In this document: piece after piece, positions 10,903 through 23,825 of the stretch
Layout: the number at the start of each line of letters is the position of its first letter
Numbering within the stretch: the first letter of the stretch is position 1
Assembly: GCF_006345805.1 (NCBI RefSeq)
Contig: NC_043004.1
Location: 90,520,001-90,584,000, forward strand
Direction: 5' to 3'
DNA from: Octopus sinensis
Lineage: Eukaryota
Length of the DNA: 64,000 nucleotides
Translations under genes and position numbers: made by a program
Notes under the pieces: model-generated
Seen by the model: the letters and a program-made list of their open reading frames with translations, nothing else
Told to the model about the DNA's origin: nothing
Databases searched by the model: none

Positions 10903-12054
10903 TGTGTGTGAGAGCCAGTCACGGCTGATGCCGGTGACAGGTCAATGGCATCCTTGCCAGTGGTATGTAAAAAACACCCACTACACTCTCTGAGTGGTTA
11001 GCATTAAGAAGGGCATCAAGCCGTAGAAACCTTTCCAGATCAGATCAGCTTCCTGGTTGACCAGTTTTCAGTCAAACCATCCAATCCACACCAGCATGGA
11101 AAATGGATGTTAAATGATGATGGTATGTGGTGTGTTTGTATGTATGTATAGTAATAGTATGCTGGCATGCACTGTAACAGCAAATTGCTGTATGTTGGAG
11201 ATTCCCTACAACTACTGGCAGATGACACTGCTGCACCACTTGGGTAACAACCCTCCAACCCACGAGCCTGTTTGGGTAGTTATTTGCTGGTGAGGGTTTT
11301 ACAAGATTGGCATGCAAAACCTACCTCAGCCTCTTCTAATCGCCTTTTACAGCACACAGAGGAAGCATTGGGTCTGTCCCCACACAGCACTAAAGCAACA
11401 CAAAATGAAGTGTTTTTCTCAATAGCACCACACACTACCCAGTCCGGGAATCAAATCCATGATCTGCTGATCATAAGTGCAACACCCCAACCACCAAACC
11501 ACAGAAACTATTCAGAAGCCTACTGGGTGAATTGTACTTGCAGTTCAATGGTGCAGCCTTGTTAAACTGAATGTGTGTGCATTGTGATCATTTTAACATC
11601 TACTTTTCCATACTTGCATTGGCCATCTGAAAATATGAGTTTTGGTTTTGTTTTTTTTTATGGCCAGATGCCCTTCCTGTTGCCTATCTCACTTGTTTCC
11701 AAGTGAGGTTATAATTTACCAGTTGATATAATAACAAACAGTACTAGATGAATGAGCCTTTTGTTCACAGAGTTCACACAATGTGTCAAGAAGCCAGGAC
11801 ATGCTTTTGTGGTGGGCTGTGAGTAAATGAAGCCTCTGTTCACTGTTTACAAATCAGTGAAATTGAACACGTACACACAAAACAGGGTTCTTTCGGTTCC
11901 CATCTACCACATCCGCTCACAAGGCTTTATCATCAATACTAATAGCGGCAAACTCTTGCTCAAGGTGCCACACAGTCTAACTTAACCTGAGGCCATTTGA
12001 TGTGTGTGTGTGTGTATGTATGTATATGTATGTGTGTGTGTGTGTGTATGTATG

Positions 12055-12085
<31 letters not shown>

Positions 12086-12150
12086 GAATGGAACAATCAA
12101 GCCCTGAGTCACTTATGTAACTATGGCTAGATAGATTTATTCTTGAATAT

Positions 12151-12342
12151 TCTTTTACTTGTTTCAGTCATTTGACTGCGGCCTTGCTGGAGCACTGCTT
12201 TTAGTCGAGCAAATCGACCCCGGGACTTATTCTTTGTAAGCCCAGTACTTATTCTATCGGTCTCTTTTGCTGAACCTCTAAGTGACGGGGACGTAAACAC
12301 ACCAGCATCGGTTGTCAAGCAATGCTAGGGGGACAAACACAG

Positions 12343-12413
<71 letters not shown>

Positions 12414-12578
12414 TACGACAGGCTTCTTTCAGTTTCCGTCTACCAAATCCACTCACAAGGCGTTGGTCGGCCCAGGACCATAGCAGAAGACACTTGCCCA
12501 AGATGCCACGCAGTGGGACTGAACCCGGAACCATGTGGTTGGTTAGCAAGCTACTTACCACACAGCCACTCCTGCGCC
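12151..12578 (-). mobile_element. SINE family A
   Basis: Full-length reverse-complement copy. Confidence 0.9.
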
Positions 12579-13079
12579 TATATTAACTTTTATTTCTCTT
12601 CTTTGTACCACCAAACCTCTCTGTATTTATGAATGCACACACACACACACTATTTATTCTGTCTTCACTATACCCTTCTTGTTGGAGTAAAAAGTAAAAT
12701 CAAAGTAAAGCCAAGTGACAGAGGAGCTACAGTACTGAAGCTGAAGCCAAATATAATTAGCTTTTCCTTCCTTGCCTTCCTTCCAGCTCAAATGAAGCAG
12801 TTTTTAATTAGTGAAGATTTTTACACATACACACATACAAGGAGAATTGTTTCTCTTCCTTTCGTTACTCTCTCCCCTCCCCTCCTCTCTCACTCTCTCT
12901 CACTCACACACACACACACACACAGAGTCTCTCCCTATTTACATCTACTTTCAGACATCAATCGTTAGCCATTAGTTCATTACACATTACCAAAATAACA
13001 TCACCGATAAATACATAAGTAAAGCTATCTAAATAAACAGACAACTAGATGCTATACTGTGTCTCTGTGAGTGTGTAGT

Positions 13080-13488
13080 ATATATGTATTTAAAAATATG
13101 TAGTTTATATGTGTGTGTTGTGTTTACGAGTGTGTGTGTGTGTGTATATGTATTTGTATATGTATATATATATGTATATATATATATGTGTATTTATATA
13201 TATATGTGTATTTATATATATGTGTATTTATATATATGTGTATTTATATATATATGTATTTATATATATATATATGTATTTATATATATATATATGTATT
13301 TATATATATATATATGTATTTATATATAATATATGTATTTATATTATATATGTATTTATTATATATATATATATATGTATTTGTATATATATGTGTATTA
13401 TATATATATATGTGTATTTATATATATATGTGTATTTATATATATATGTGTATTATATATATATGTATTATATATATATATATGTATT

Positions 13489-13521
<33 letters not shown>

Positions 13522-13745
13522 GTATTTATATATATATAATGTATTTATATATATATATGTATTATATATATATATATGTATTTATATTATATATGTATTT
13601 ATTATATATATATATGTGTATTTATATATATATGTGTATTTATATATATATGTGTATTTATATATATATGTGTATTTATATATATATATGTATTTATATA
13701 TATATATGTATTTATATATATTATGTATTTATATATATATGTATT

Positions 13746-13779
<34 letters not shown>

Positions 13780-13820
13780 ATATACACACATATATACATA
13801 TATCTATATGTATATAGATG
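13080..13820. repeat. Complex AT-rich micro/minisatellite ((TA)nTGTATT units)
   Basis: Read directly from the sequence; ends about 55 bp before a FAK acceptor. Confidence 0.95.
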
Positions 13821-13873
13821 TGTCTTTGTCTTTGGCCTCACTCTCAATATGGCTTTGTTTCTGATTGGTGCAG

Positions 13874-14041
13874 CCTCAGGAAAATAATAATTCACTTCAT
13901 TCAAACTGTGAAACCAGCTCTCTGCTGCCACAGATTCCCACTGAAGAGATGGAGCAACAGAAACTGGAGGAGAGGCTAAAACAACAGCAACGTGATTCAG
14001 AAGAAGATGCGAAATGGTTACAGAGTAGAGAAAATAGACTG
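13874..14041 (+). CDS. PTK2: FAK exon (PQENN...[27 protein letters not shown])
   Basis: Matches FAK MEERLIRQQQEMEEDQRWLEKEERFL; donor CTG|GTAAGT. The acceptor is ambiguous: in-frame AGs end at 13873, 13879 and 13933. Confidence 0.9.
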
Positions 14042-15606
14042 GTAAGTACACTACATGCCGTTTCTCACTAAATTTTAATTTTCCATTCGCTTTAACATTG
14101 GTTATGTCTTGTTGAGGTACAAACCCTGATATTTGGAGGAAGGGTAACATTGTTTCATCAATCCCAGTATGTTTTCACTTTCTCTTCTGGAGCCCATAAA
14201 ATTACTGGTACATCATCAGACAAAATGCTGACTTCTATGTAGTCAATACAATTCCTTATTGGCAGGGCCCCAGCATAGCTGGGCTCAAATCAGCAAAAGA
14301 GTAAGACAGTGTGTGTGTGTGTGCATGTATGGATATTTCTCATCTTTATTGTCATTATTTTATGTCTGTTAATCTTTATTTGCATGGCTTGGCCAGGTCT
14401 TTAGGACAGCATCTTGCCACTTGTAGGTATTTTTTACCTCCATTGTCAGATTCCACCTTTAATGGTGTGTATGTGCCACCAAGGAATGTGTTGCTGTTTA
14501 GCGTTGCATCAACTGTGATTAAGCAGATTTCCCAACCATCCTATCCTTCTCTCAGGCATTGCATATGTAGAACTACATTATTAAACATTCCCCTATCTTT
14601 TAAGACAGCAGAGTGTAATTTGAAGATGGTTTGGCTGCTACGTTGCATGTTTAGTGACCAGAAAGTAGCTCTCTCATTGCCTTGTTCAAATGTGTATTAT
14701 GTATGTGTGTGTGTCTGGTGTATTTAAGTACTAGTAACTGAGTCATTTAAGAGTCAAGTGTCTTGACCCTGGACATACTAGCAGTTGTGATAAAATATGG
14801 ACCCCTGACCTCTCAACTGGTTATCAATTACACTAACCACTCTAACTTCTGTCATCTCCAATACTCTCATTAACCTCATTAAATGGGTTTACTTAACATG
14901 TAATTCTTACTTAATATATTCTCTTATTTGTTTCAACACTTTGAAGTGTATTTGTATGCACACAATATTGAGATCTACTTCTATACAAGCAGTCTCTCTC
15001 TAGTCATGAATGTCTGATTTACAAATATTCATGATTATGAGCAGTGAACATTACTTCACAATAATACAGTTTTAAAAAGTTTTGGTAGATGTGATATAAA
15101 AGTTGAAAGGGAAAATGTTTGGTATATGCTTGATGTGAGAATCTCAAACATTTAGATTATGTTTCATAGGTTTACATCTACTCTAGAATTTACTTGTTAA
15201 ATTGAGAAGGCATTTCATAGTGTATGTACAGTACTATTTCAAAGTTTCTTGGAGAAATGTTTCACCTGGAATGTTACTAAGATGTTTCTCAAAACTTCCT
15301 GTAATCATACCTGTAATGACTGAAATTGTTTTTATTTTAAGCTACTACATCTTTTCAGTCTGTCTTGATCTATGTATTTGCTTAGCTTCTGAAATTTCTC
15401 TGTTAACCCTTTAGCATTTAAACTGACCATATCCAGCTCAAATATTCTACCTGTTTTATGTTCAAACTGGCCAGATTCAGCCTCTCCTACCTTACCCTAC
15501 ATTCATATAAATCAAACTTAGAAACCTGAGGACTGCCTGTGCAACACACAGCAGTGTGTAGGAATTTATGATTATTAAATTCTTGTCTTCTGTATATCTT
15601 TCATAG

Positions 15607-15706
15607 GTCCATACTAATGACAACTTAATATTTCATGCTCAGACCCAGCCTGCTACACCTGCACCTCCTTCTGGACGTCTTACTAGACTGTCTAGTCAAG
15701 TATCCA
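15607..15706 (+). CDS. PTK2: FAK linker exon (VHTNDNLIFHAQTQPATPAPPSGRLTRLSSQVS)
   Basis: Pyrimidine tract plus CATAG acceptor, donor CCA|GTAAGT; phase 0/1, which joins the next exon in frame. Confidence 0.8.
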
Positions 15707-16490
15707 GTAAGTATTTCAACTTCACGTTGGCCTCTCTATTTCTTTTTTCTTTTTTTTTGGCTTCCTTTATTATTGTTAATAATTTATTGCAAAAGTGATC
15801 AAGATAGCTGGCAGAGCTTGTCTCTTGTTCTGTTCCACTTCACATTGTTCCTTTGATTGTAACTCAAAATTGCATGTGCAAAAGAAAAAAATTAAATAAC
15901 GAAGTGGGTTTCACACACTTGGGCCACTAAGGGTACCCTTCTAGAATCTCTTGAATCTTTTGGTATTCAGGCTAATGTTGTGGAAGTTGGAGAAATTGAG
16001 TGGTATCATGCATAAACTAAGACACAAAGGAGCTGTGTCCACATGTGGCTGGCATCCACATTCACAATAAACTAGAAAACTATGAGGAAGTAATGAAAGC
16101 TTGTATGAATCAGCACAAGTTAGTAATCTTGCAAATCAGCACTTGAAGAGGCAAGTGTATAAGGGACAACAGCTTCTGCTGCTGACACAAGGACCTGGTT
16201 AAGGTGTTAGATCTGGTTCAGACCAGAACTGTAGGTGAAGAAAAACTAAGAAGAGGGAGGCCAGACTTGCTTTCAAATGGGCTGAGAGAAACTGAATCTG
16301 AAACTTCGGGTGAAAGTGGCCAATGCCTACATGAATTCAATGATGTACTACTACCTGACCATTATGCCTTATTCCAAGAATCATCTGGCCAGATGAAAGC
16401 ATATGCATTTGTGATAGGTATATATTTCACTAGCCAGACCATCTGCTGCCAGTAACTACTCTTAGGACTCTTGTGATAACACAGCTGATA

Positions 16491-16619
16491 CGAGGGGTGT
16501 ATGAAAAGTTTTGAACCTTCAAGGCCTTTGAGCCTTGAAATCTTGTACCTTCATCAGAAGTCTTGTACTTTTTTTTTTTTTTTTTCTTTGAGGTTCAGGA
16601 CTTTTCATACACCTCCTCA
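16491..16619. mobile_element. Small mariner-type MITE
   Basis: TA-CGAGGGGTGTATGAAAAGT ... ACTTTTCATACACCTCCTC inverted ends. Confidence 0.7.
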
Positions 16620-17917
16620 GACATAGGCAAAAACTGAAGCTGGTTTCTGGATAATAGTAAATGTGTGTGATTGCTTTTGCAACTCATCTTTTAACTAAGG
16701 TACAGTCTTTGGTCAAACACGGACATAGATCAATGAAATGATACCATATGCTCACTACTGGACAATATGATTGGTGGGAGATCAGCCCTTACATTCTGTA
16801 GAGAATTAGTGAAGGGTACATGTGTTGGTGGTTTGGGAGTAATTCTGGGCATCAATAAAGACAATATACATAATTTCTTCTGGAAGACTTTCAGGTTTAG
16901 GATTATGGAAATTTCCAAAAGTTCTTGATCTGACTGTGCTACAGAAGTCTTTACCTATTCAAGATAAATCTTTAGACATGGCTTGTCAAGGCACCAGCAA
17001 CTGAACCTATCCAAAATGCATGCAGGGTGACAAAACTGTCTAGTGTACACTGATTTAGTATATCTGCATTGCTGATTTGTGGGTTAACATTTCATAGTTG
17101 TATGTAGAATTGACCAAAACTGTAGTGAAGATATCCATTGCTCTCCTTTGGCAAAGAGGAGTATGTAATTCTTTCCCCATCTAGTGGCTATGGTACAGTT
17201 TCTCATTTCTACATTGATAGATATTGATATTTTATAGCATTAAGAAGGACATCTTGTTGCAGAAACTATGCCAAAGCAGACAATGAAGCATGATGCAGTC
17301 CTTGGACTCATTGGTTCCTTGTCAAACTGTCCAATCCATGCTAGCATTTTTCTCTGAAATTTTCTCTCAAATCTGAGACTGTGATGAATATGATTGAAAG
17401 TTTGAGGTCTAAGATTTTCCTCTCAAGCCAGGCTCTTAACTTCATCAAGTACCACCTGAGGAAAGCAGTCAAGCTGCTACCCCCTACCCCAGTAAATTTC
17501 ATAGAAGTTGGGTAAGCGTGGTAAAATTGGTGTGATTAAATAAGTCTACCCTAACACTATGACTGTAGGTTAATAGCAAGAACTGCGAGAAGGAACTTGC
17601 CTCCGGTGTGTGAGGGTAATCCAGGGTTGTATGTGGGGATGCACTAAATCATCTTAAGTATTTGCCACCTTCTTTAAGATATTGTTTCTTATTTTGTTGT
17701 TTTATGTTGTTGTTATATTTCTCTATTATTAATGTATCTTTATCGTTGAGCTAATACTTTTACTTGATTTGCTTTTTTTTTTGTGACAATAGCGTTTTTG
17801 CTTTTGTATTCTCCCCAAACTTCTTAGGCCCTTGTGGCCAAACAAGACATTATTATTGTTAAACAGTTGTTTTGAGCTATAATTAACAAAATGTTTTTGT
17901 CTTCTTCCCTTCATTAG

Positions 17918-17979
17918 ACAGCAGCACAAGTAGTAGTATCAGTGATGCCGATATTCCAAGTATGTCAGGAAATACAAAG
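17918..17979 (+). CDS. PTK2: FAK Ser-rich linker exon (NSSTSSSISDADIPSMSGNTK)
   Basis: Acceptor CTTCTTCCCTTCATTAG, donor AAG|GTATT; 62 nt, phase 1/0, restoring the frame into the FAT exon. Confidence 0.8.
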
Positions 17980-18363
17980 GTATTATTATTGTTGTTGTTG
18001 TTGTCCACTAGAGCAACAGATAAAGTGCCTTGTGATATTTGGTTATTTCACTTTATATTCTAAGTTCAAACTCTGATAAAATCAACCTCATCTTAGTTGG
18101 TAAATACAATAAGTATCAGTCGTATACTGCAGTTGATTCAATTGAATATTTCATCACCTAAATTTATAACCTTGTACCTATGTTAGCAATCGTTATTTAT
18201 CAGTCTTATTTACTGTCAATATGACCAAAATTACTTGCTGTGGGTTTGAATCAGCCCTTACTGTTTTACATCTTGCTCAGTCAGTAGTTACCAATTCAGA
18301 GAAGCATAACATCTGCTTCAGTAATTGCAATTTTAGTTGGCATTATGGGGATAGTTGGTATTA

Positions 18364-18596
18364 AAGGCGGCGAGCTGGAAGAATAGTTAGCATGCCGGGC
18401 GAAATGCTTAGCGGTATTTCGTCTGCCGCTACGTTCTGAGTTCAAATTCCGCCGAGGTCGACTTTGCCTTTCATCCTTTCGGGGTCGATAAATTAAGTAC
18501 CAGTTAGGCACTGGGGTCGATGTAATTGACTTAATACCTATGTCTGTCCTTGTTTGTCCCCTCTATGTTTAGCCCCTTGTGGGTAATAAAGAAATA
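18364..18596 (+). mobile_element. SINE family C (tRNA-like head, Nin/Deu-like central domain)
   Basis: AAGGCGGCGAGCTGG...GAGTTCAAATTCC...GCCTTTCATCCTTTCGGGGTCGATAAATTAAGTACC. Confidence 0.85.
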
Positions 18597-19298
18597 GGTA
18601 TTGTGGGGATAGGGGCTCTCAGGCTCCTTATTAGGGTAGTACAGAGTTAATTTTTTCGAAAACTTTGGGAAATACTGTATTGTTTCATATTTCTACATTG
18701 ATTTTACTCATTTCAACCTGGTGTTATGGCCCTGTCGGAGTACTGCCAATGGTATAAATATTTTTTTAGGCTTATGTTGAGGAGGGATTAAGAGCATGTT
18801 CTGAGGAGGGTGATTGCGTTTGAGGTTTATGGAGTGCGAAAGCGAGGTAGACTGTGGAAAAGGTGGAAGGGACAGGCAGAGAAGATTGGGGGGAAGGTTG
18901 GTTTGAAAAAGGAGGACGCCCAAAACCAGGCAAGATGGTGAGAGTGCGGTTGCTATGGCATTGAGATAGATCCAGCCACGCCTGTTAACAGGGACAAACT
19001 CCAGATTTAAAACACTGAATGATGTTGATGATTTTAGACTGGAATACAAAATGGTGTTATTTAGCCACAGGTCATCAAAAACAATTCAGTCATAAGCACC
19101 TTGTTCATCTCCAGGACATTGCTTATTGAGGACTACATTAATTTGTCCTTTTCTCTTATAGAAAGTATAATATGAATTAAAGGAAATTTAGCTGCTATTT
19201 CCAGCAAGTCAAGCAATCATTCACACATCCAGATTTCAAAGTTATTCACAGCAGATAGCAACAAAACTGGCAGCTGCCTCTTTGTTTTCTAATATCAT

Positions 19299-19382
19299 CT
19301 ATTGAACACACAGACACACAGTTGTTAAAAGCAGGACCTGCAGCTTACTGCACACTTCTGTATATGTCTGTGTGTTCAATAG
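19299..19382. mobile_element. 84-bp hairpin micro-MITE
   Basis: Perfect 18-bp inverted arms; perfect 10-bp flanking direct repeat CTAATATCAT. Confidence 0.7.
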
Positions 19383-19678
19383 CTAATATCATACAGAGAG
19401 AATGGAGATTTCACTATCTGTATACACACAGATAGGTCTGTTGGAGATTTTTATCTCAGACTACTAGACAACATGTTTGATATTATATAGATTATGCTCC
19501 TAAAACAGACAAAGTAGAGCTTCACTAAGACAAATGTCACCAAGACCTCAAAGAACATGTATAAAGACCTGGTGCTTAGTTCTTTGACTGTAGAACATGA
19601 AATTGAGGAGAGACAAATCTTCCCTTGGAAGTCTATTGCAGGTAACTTTCTTAGAACTGGTGCCTATTCTCTACAGTT

Positions 19679-19876
19679 ACTCTTTTACTTGTTTCAGTCC
19701 TTTGACTGTGGCCATGCTGGAGCACTGCCTTTAGTCGAGCAAATTGACCCCAGGACTTATTCTTTGTAAGCCTAGTACTTATTCTATCAGTCTCTTTGCG
19801 AACCGCTAAGTTACGGGGACATGAACACACCAGCATCGGTTGTCAAGCGATGTTGGTGGGGACAAACACACACACA

Positions 19877-19907
<31 letters not shown>

Positions 19908-20070
19908 CGATGCGCTTCTTTCAGTTTCCGTCTACCAAATCCACTCACAAGGCTTTGGTCGGCCCGAGGCTATAGTAGAAGACACTTGCCCAAGGTGCCA
20001 CGCAGTGGGATTGAACCCGGAACCATGTGGTTGGTAAGCAAGCTACTTACCACACAGCCACTCCTGCGCC
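19679..20070 (-). mobile_element. SINE family A
   Basis: Full-length copy. Confidence 0.9.
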
Positions 20071-20570
20071 TATATAGTTAATATAGATTGTTTTTAAACA
20101 TCTATTTTCTAATTGCTATATTCATACATTGGGGGTACCGGCATAGATGTGTGGTAAGAAACTTGCTTCCCAACCACATGGATGGATGTGTATGCATCTT
20201 TGTTTGTGTTTGTTTCTCCTCCCTACCACCACTTGAGAACCAGTGCTGGTGTGCTTACATCCCCGTAACTTAGTGGTTCAGCAAGAGAGACTGATAGAGT
20301 AAGTACCAGGTTTTAAAAAAAAAATAAATACTAGGGTCAATACATTCGACTAAAAATTCAAGGCAGTGCTTCCAGCATGGCCACAATCTAATGACTGAAA
20401 AAAATAAAATAGAAAAGATATAGGCACAGGCATGGTTGTGTGGTTAAGAGGCTCACTTCCCAACCTAGTGGTTTCAGACTCGGTCCCACTGCATAGCATT
20501 TAGGCTAAGTATCATCTGTCATAACCCTGGGCTGATCAATGCCTTTTGAGTGGATTTAGTATATGTAAAC

Positions 20571-20821
20571 TCGAAATCAATCAACATCAATGGAAATTGT
20601 AGCTGTGATACCAGTGCCGGTGGCACGTAAGAGAACCATCCAAATGTGGCCGTTGCCAGCGCCGCCCCGACTGGCCTCCATACTGGTGGTACGTAAAAAG
20701 CACCCACTACACTCACGGAGATCAGACTGGGCCTGGCGCAGCCTTCAGGCTTCCCAGACCTCAGTTGAACTGTCCAACCCATGCTAGCATGGAAAATGGA
20801 CGTTAAACGATGATGATGATG
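20571..20821 (+). mobile_element. Retroposon family B with internal deletion
   Basis: Same 5' ATCAACATCAATGGAAAT start and same tail. Confidence 0.85.
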
Positions 20822-21511
20822 AAACTGAAGATGAAGCCTGTTGCACATATGAGGGAGGGGGTGCTGAAAGGTTCTTGGCTTTGAGTAGAAGAAAATCCAG
20901 GAGAACCAGTAAATTAACTTCAATCTAGTAATACAAATACATAATCCACCTATATATCAATAATATAATATATTATATATGTATGTATGTATATAATAGC
21001 GAGAATAATATGTTAATGGGAAGTAAGAAACCTATCAATCCCAAATTAAAGAAAGGTGCTAAAATATTCAAACCAAAGAACAATATATATTCTATATTGC
21101 CTAAATCTACCTCCCCATCAGTCATTAGTGTCTGGGAATGTTATATGCAACACTCGTGTTCTCTCCACCACACTTCTTACAATAAAACCAGAGACAAATA
21201 CAGAAGTCTTTGTGGCTTAGGAGACATTTTAATTTTTACTTAAATATAGCTATTAAGAACTGTACAGAGAACAACAGGAATAACAATTGTGTTGGCTTAT
21301 GGACACAGTATAGTGAACTCTATTTTGGGATTCTACTTACAGTTAGGTGGATTAGGTTAGTGACAGTTAAGTGATTTGGGTATTGACTGAAGATATTTAG
21401 TAGAATGGATGTTGTAGTTGAAAAATGGCTTCTTTTTGTTTGATGGTAATGATAAAATCTTCAAACTACTTAAAGTTACCCCTCTTGGAGTGTGGCTTGT
21501 TGTACAACCTC

Positions 21512-21893
21512 TTACTCTTTACTCTTTTACTTGTTTCAGTCATTTGACTGCGGCCATGCTGGAGCACCGCCTTTAGTCAAGCAAATCAACCCCAGGACTT
21601 ATTCTTTGTACGGTCTCTTTTGCTGAACCGCTAAGTGACGGGGACGTAAACACACCAGCATCGGTTGTCAAGCAATGCTAGGGTGACAAACACAGACACA
21701 CAAACATATACACACACACATACATATATACGACAGGCTTCTTTCAGTTTCCGTCTACCAAATTCACTCACAAGGCATTGGTCGGCCCGGGGCTATAGCA
21801 GAAGACACTTGCCCAAGATGCCACGCAGTGGGACTGAACCCGGGACCATGTGGTTGGTAAGCAAGCTACTTACCACACAGCCACTCCTGCGTC
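21512..21893 (-). mobile_element. SINE family A
   Basis: Copy with a small internal deletion. Confidence 0.9.
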
Positions 21894-22198
21894 TATTATT
21901 TATTTATTGTTACTAAGAATATAATATTCTGGACTATTAACCTCATCTTTACTGTATATATTCACATCTACACTATGTTTATATTTGTAGTGTATTTATA
22001 TACACATTTTTTCAGTTAGTGGTATATTACATCAGTGTCTCAGTAAATAATGCTATCAACACCTATGGTTTAGAAATAAAGCTACCGAGTTTAAATTTAA
22101 TCTAGATCATTTACTTATACAGATGATAACCAAAGATCAAACAGATAGAAATGTAGGACTAGATGTAAATATTATGAAAATATAGTGTAAAAGATATA

Positions 22199-22602
22199 GG
22201 CGCAGGAGTGGCTGTGTGGTAAGTAGCTTGCTTACCAACCACATGGTTCTGGGTTCAGTCCCACTGCGTGTCATCTTGGGCAAGTGTCTTCTGCTATAGC
22301 CCCGGGTCGACCAATGCCTTGTGAGTGGATTTGGTAGACGGAAACTGAAAGAAGCCTGTCATATATATGTATATATATATGTATATGTTTGTGTGTGTGT
22401 GTGTGTTTGTCACCCTAGCATTGCTTGACAACCGATGCTTGTGTGTTTACGTCCCCGTCACTTAGCGGTTCGGCAAAAGAGACCGATAGAATAAGTACTG
22501 GGCTTACAAAGAATAAGTCCCAAGGTTGATTTGCTCGACTAAAAGGCGGTGCTCCAGCATGGCCACAGTCAAATGACTGAAACAAGTAAAAGAGTAAAGA
22601 GT
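22199..22602 (+). mobile_element. SINE family A
   Basis: Full-length copy. Confidence 0.9.
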
Positions 22603-23408
22603 CAATAATCTGGAACATTAATCAGCTGAATTCTTTTAAATTCTGTTAATTGCACCTCTCTTGTTTATATCAAAATTTGGTTTTGCTTTGCGATAATTAG
22701 CATTAGTTAGGTAGTTTGATAATGAATCTAACATTTTGAAGAAATTAAAAAAAACAAGTATTGTTAAGATTCCAGCCATTATTCCATTAATCGATCAACT
22801 TAGAATTAGTCTGTTTAGCACGTTTACTTCCTGAAAATTTAGCATTGTTTTCAGTTTGAAACTTAAATTAAGTTTAAACATTTCACTATGAAAGATGAAA
22901 ATTGCTTGTTAAAACAGTTTGAGAATAATTTTTCCACTTCTGAAGTATTGATAAAATCTATTGTAGATCTCCTGAACAGACTTTAAAATCTTGATGTTTG
23001 TAAGCTAATTTTATTAGAATTGATCATGTTTAATCTAATCACTAACATTGTTAAATTGACTGCATGCTTGGCTATTCAGATTAGTCATTTTGTATCTCTG
23101 ATATTATGGTGAAAATGTATAACTATTTCCTTTAGCTTTGTATATTTGTTTAACTTCTTCATTTTACTTGCTATAAAGATGATGTTTTATGTTAGTGTAT
23201 GGGTTGTGTATGTGTGTACACAGGGAATTAATATAAAATAAAGTACAGAAATGGTCTTCTCTTTTTGTTATCACTTAAATCTAAGTGTTTTCTAGCTGTG
23301 ACCATTCTGTCTTTATTCTAACGTGGTGTGCCTTGGGCTACAAAGATAAGGAATATTTAACTATTATTTCTAGCAGATGAAGTAACTGCATTGACATTTC
23401 TTTGTTTC

Positions 23409-23440
<32 letters not shown>

Positions 23441-23443
<3 letters not shown>

Positions 23444-23825
23444 TCTTTACTCTCTTTTACTTGTTTCAGTCATTTGACTGCGGCCATGCTGGAGCACTGC
23501 CTTTAGTTGAGCAAATCAACCCCGGGACTTATTCTTTGTAAGCCCAGTACTTATTCTATCGGTCTCTTTTGCCGAACCGCTAAGTGACGGGGACATAAAC
23601 ACACCAGCATCGGTTGTCAAGCAATACTAGGGAGACAGACACACAAACACATACATATATATATATATATACATATATATGACAGGCTTCTTTCAGTTTC
23701 CGTCTACCATTGGTTGGCCCGGGGCTATAGCAGAAGACACTTGCCCAAGATGCCACGCAGTGGGACTGAACCCGGAACAATATGGTTGGTTAGCAAGCTA
23801 CTTACCACACAGCCACTCTTGCGCC
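23441..23825 (-). mobile_element. SINE family A
   Basis: Near full-length copy. Confidence 0.9.

Noticed and set aside
13084-13887. Long Y/I/C/M-rich ORFs of up to 251 aa
   Set aside because: These are translations of AT microsatellite; the same applies to ORFs near 8.4, 9.6, 30.0-30.5 and 39.3 kb.
15935-16455. RRGRP-containing ORF and nearby complex sequence, as an exon or LINE
   Set aside because: It has no convincing splice sites and too few motifs to assign; probably old repeat debris.
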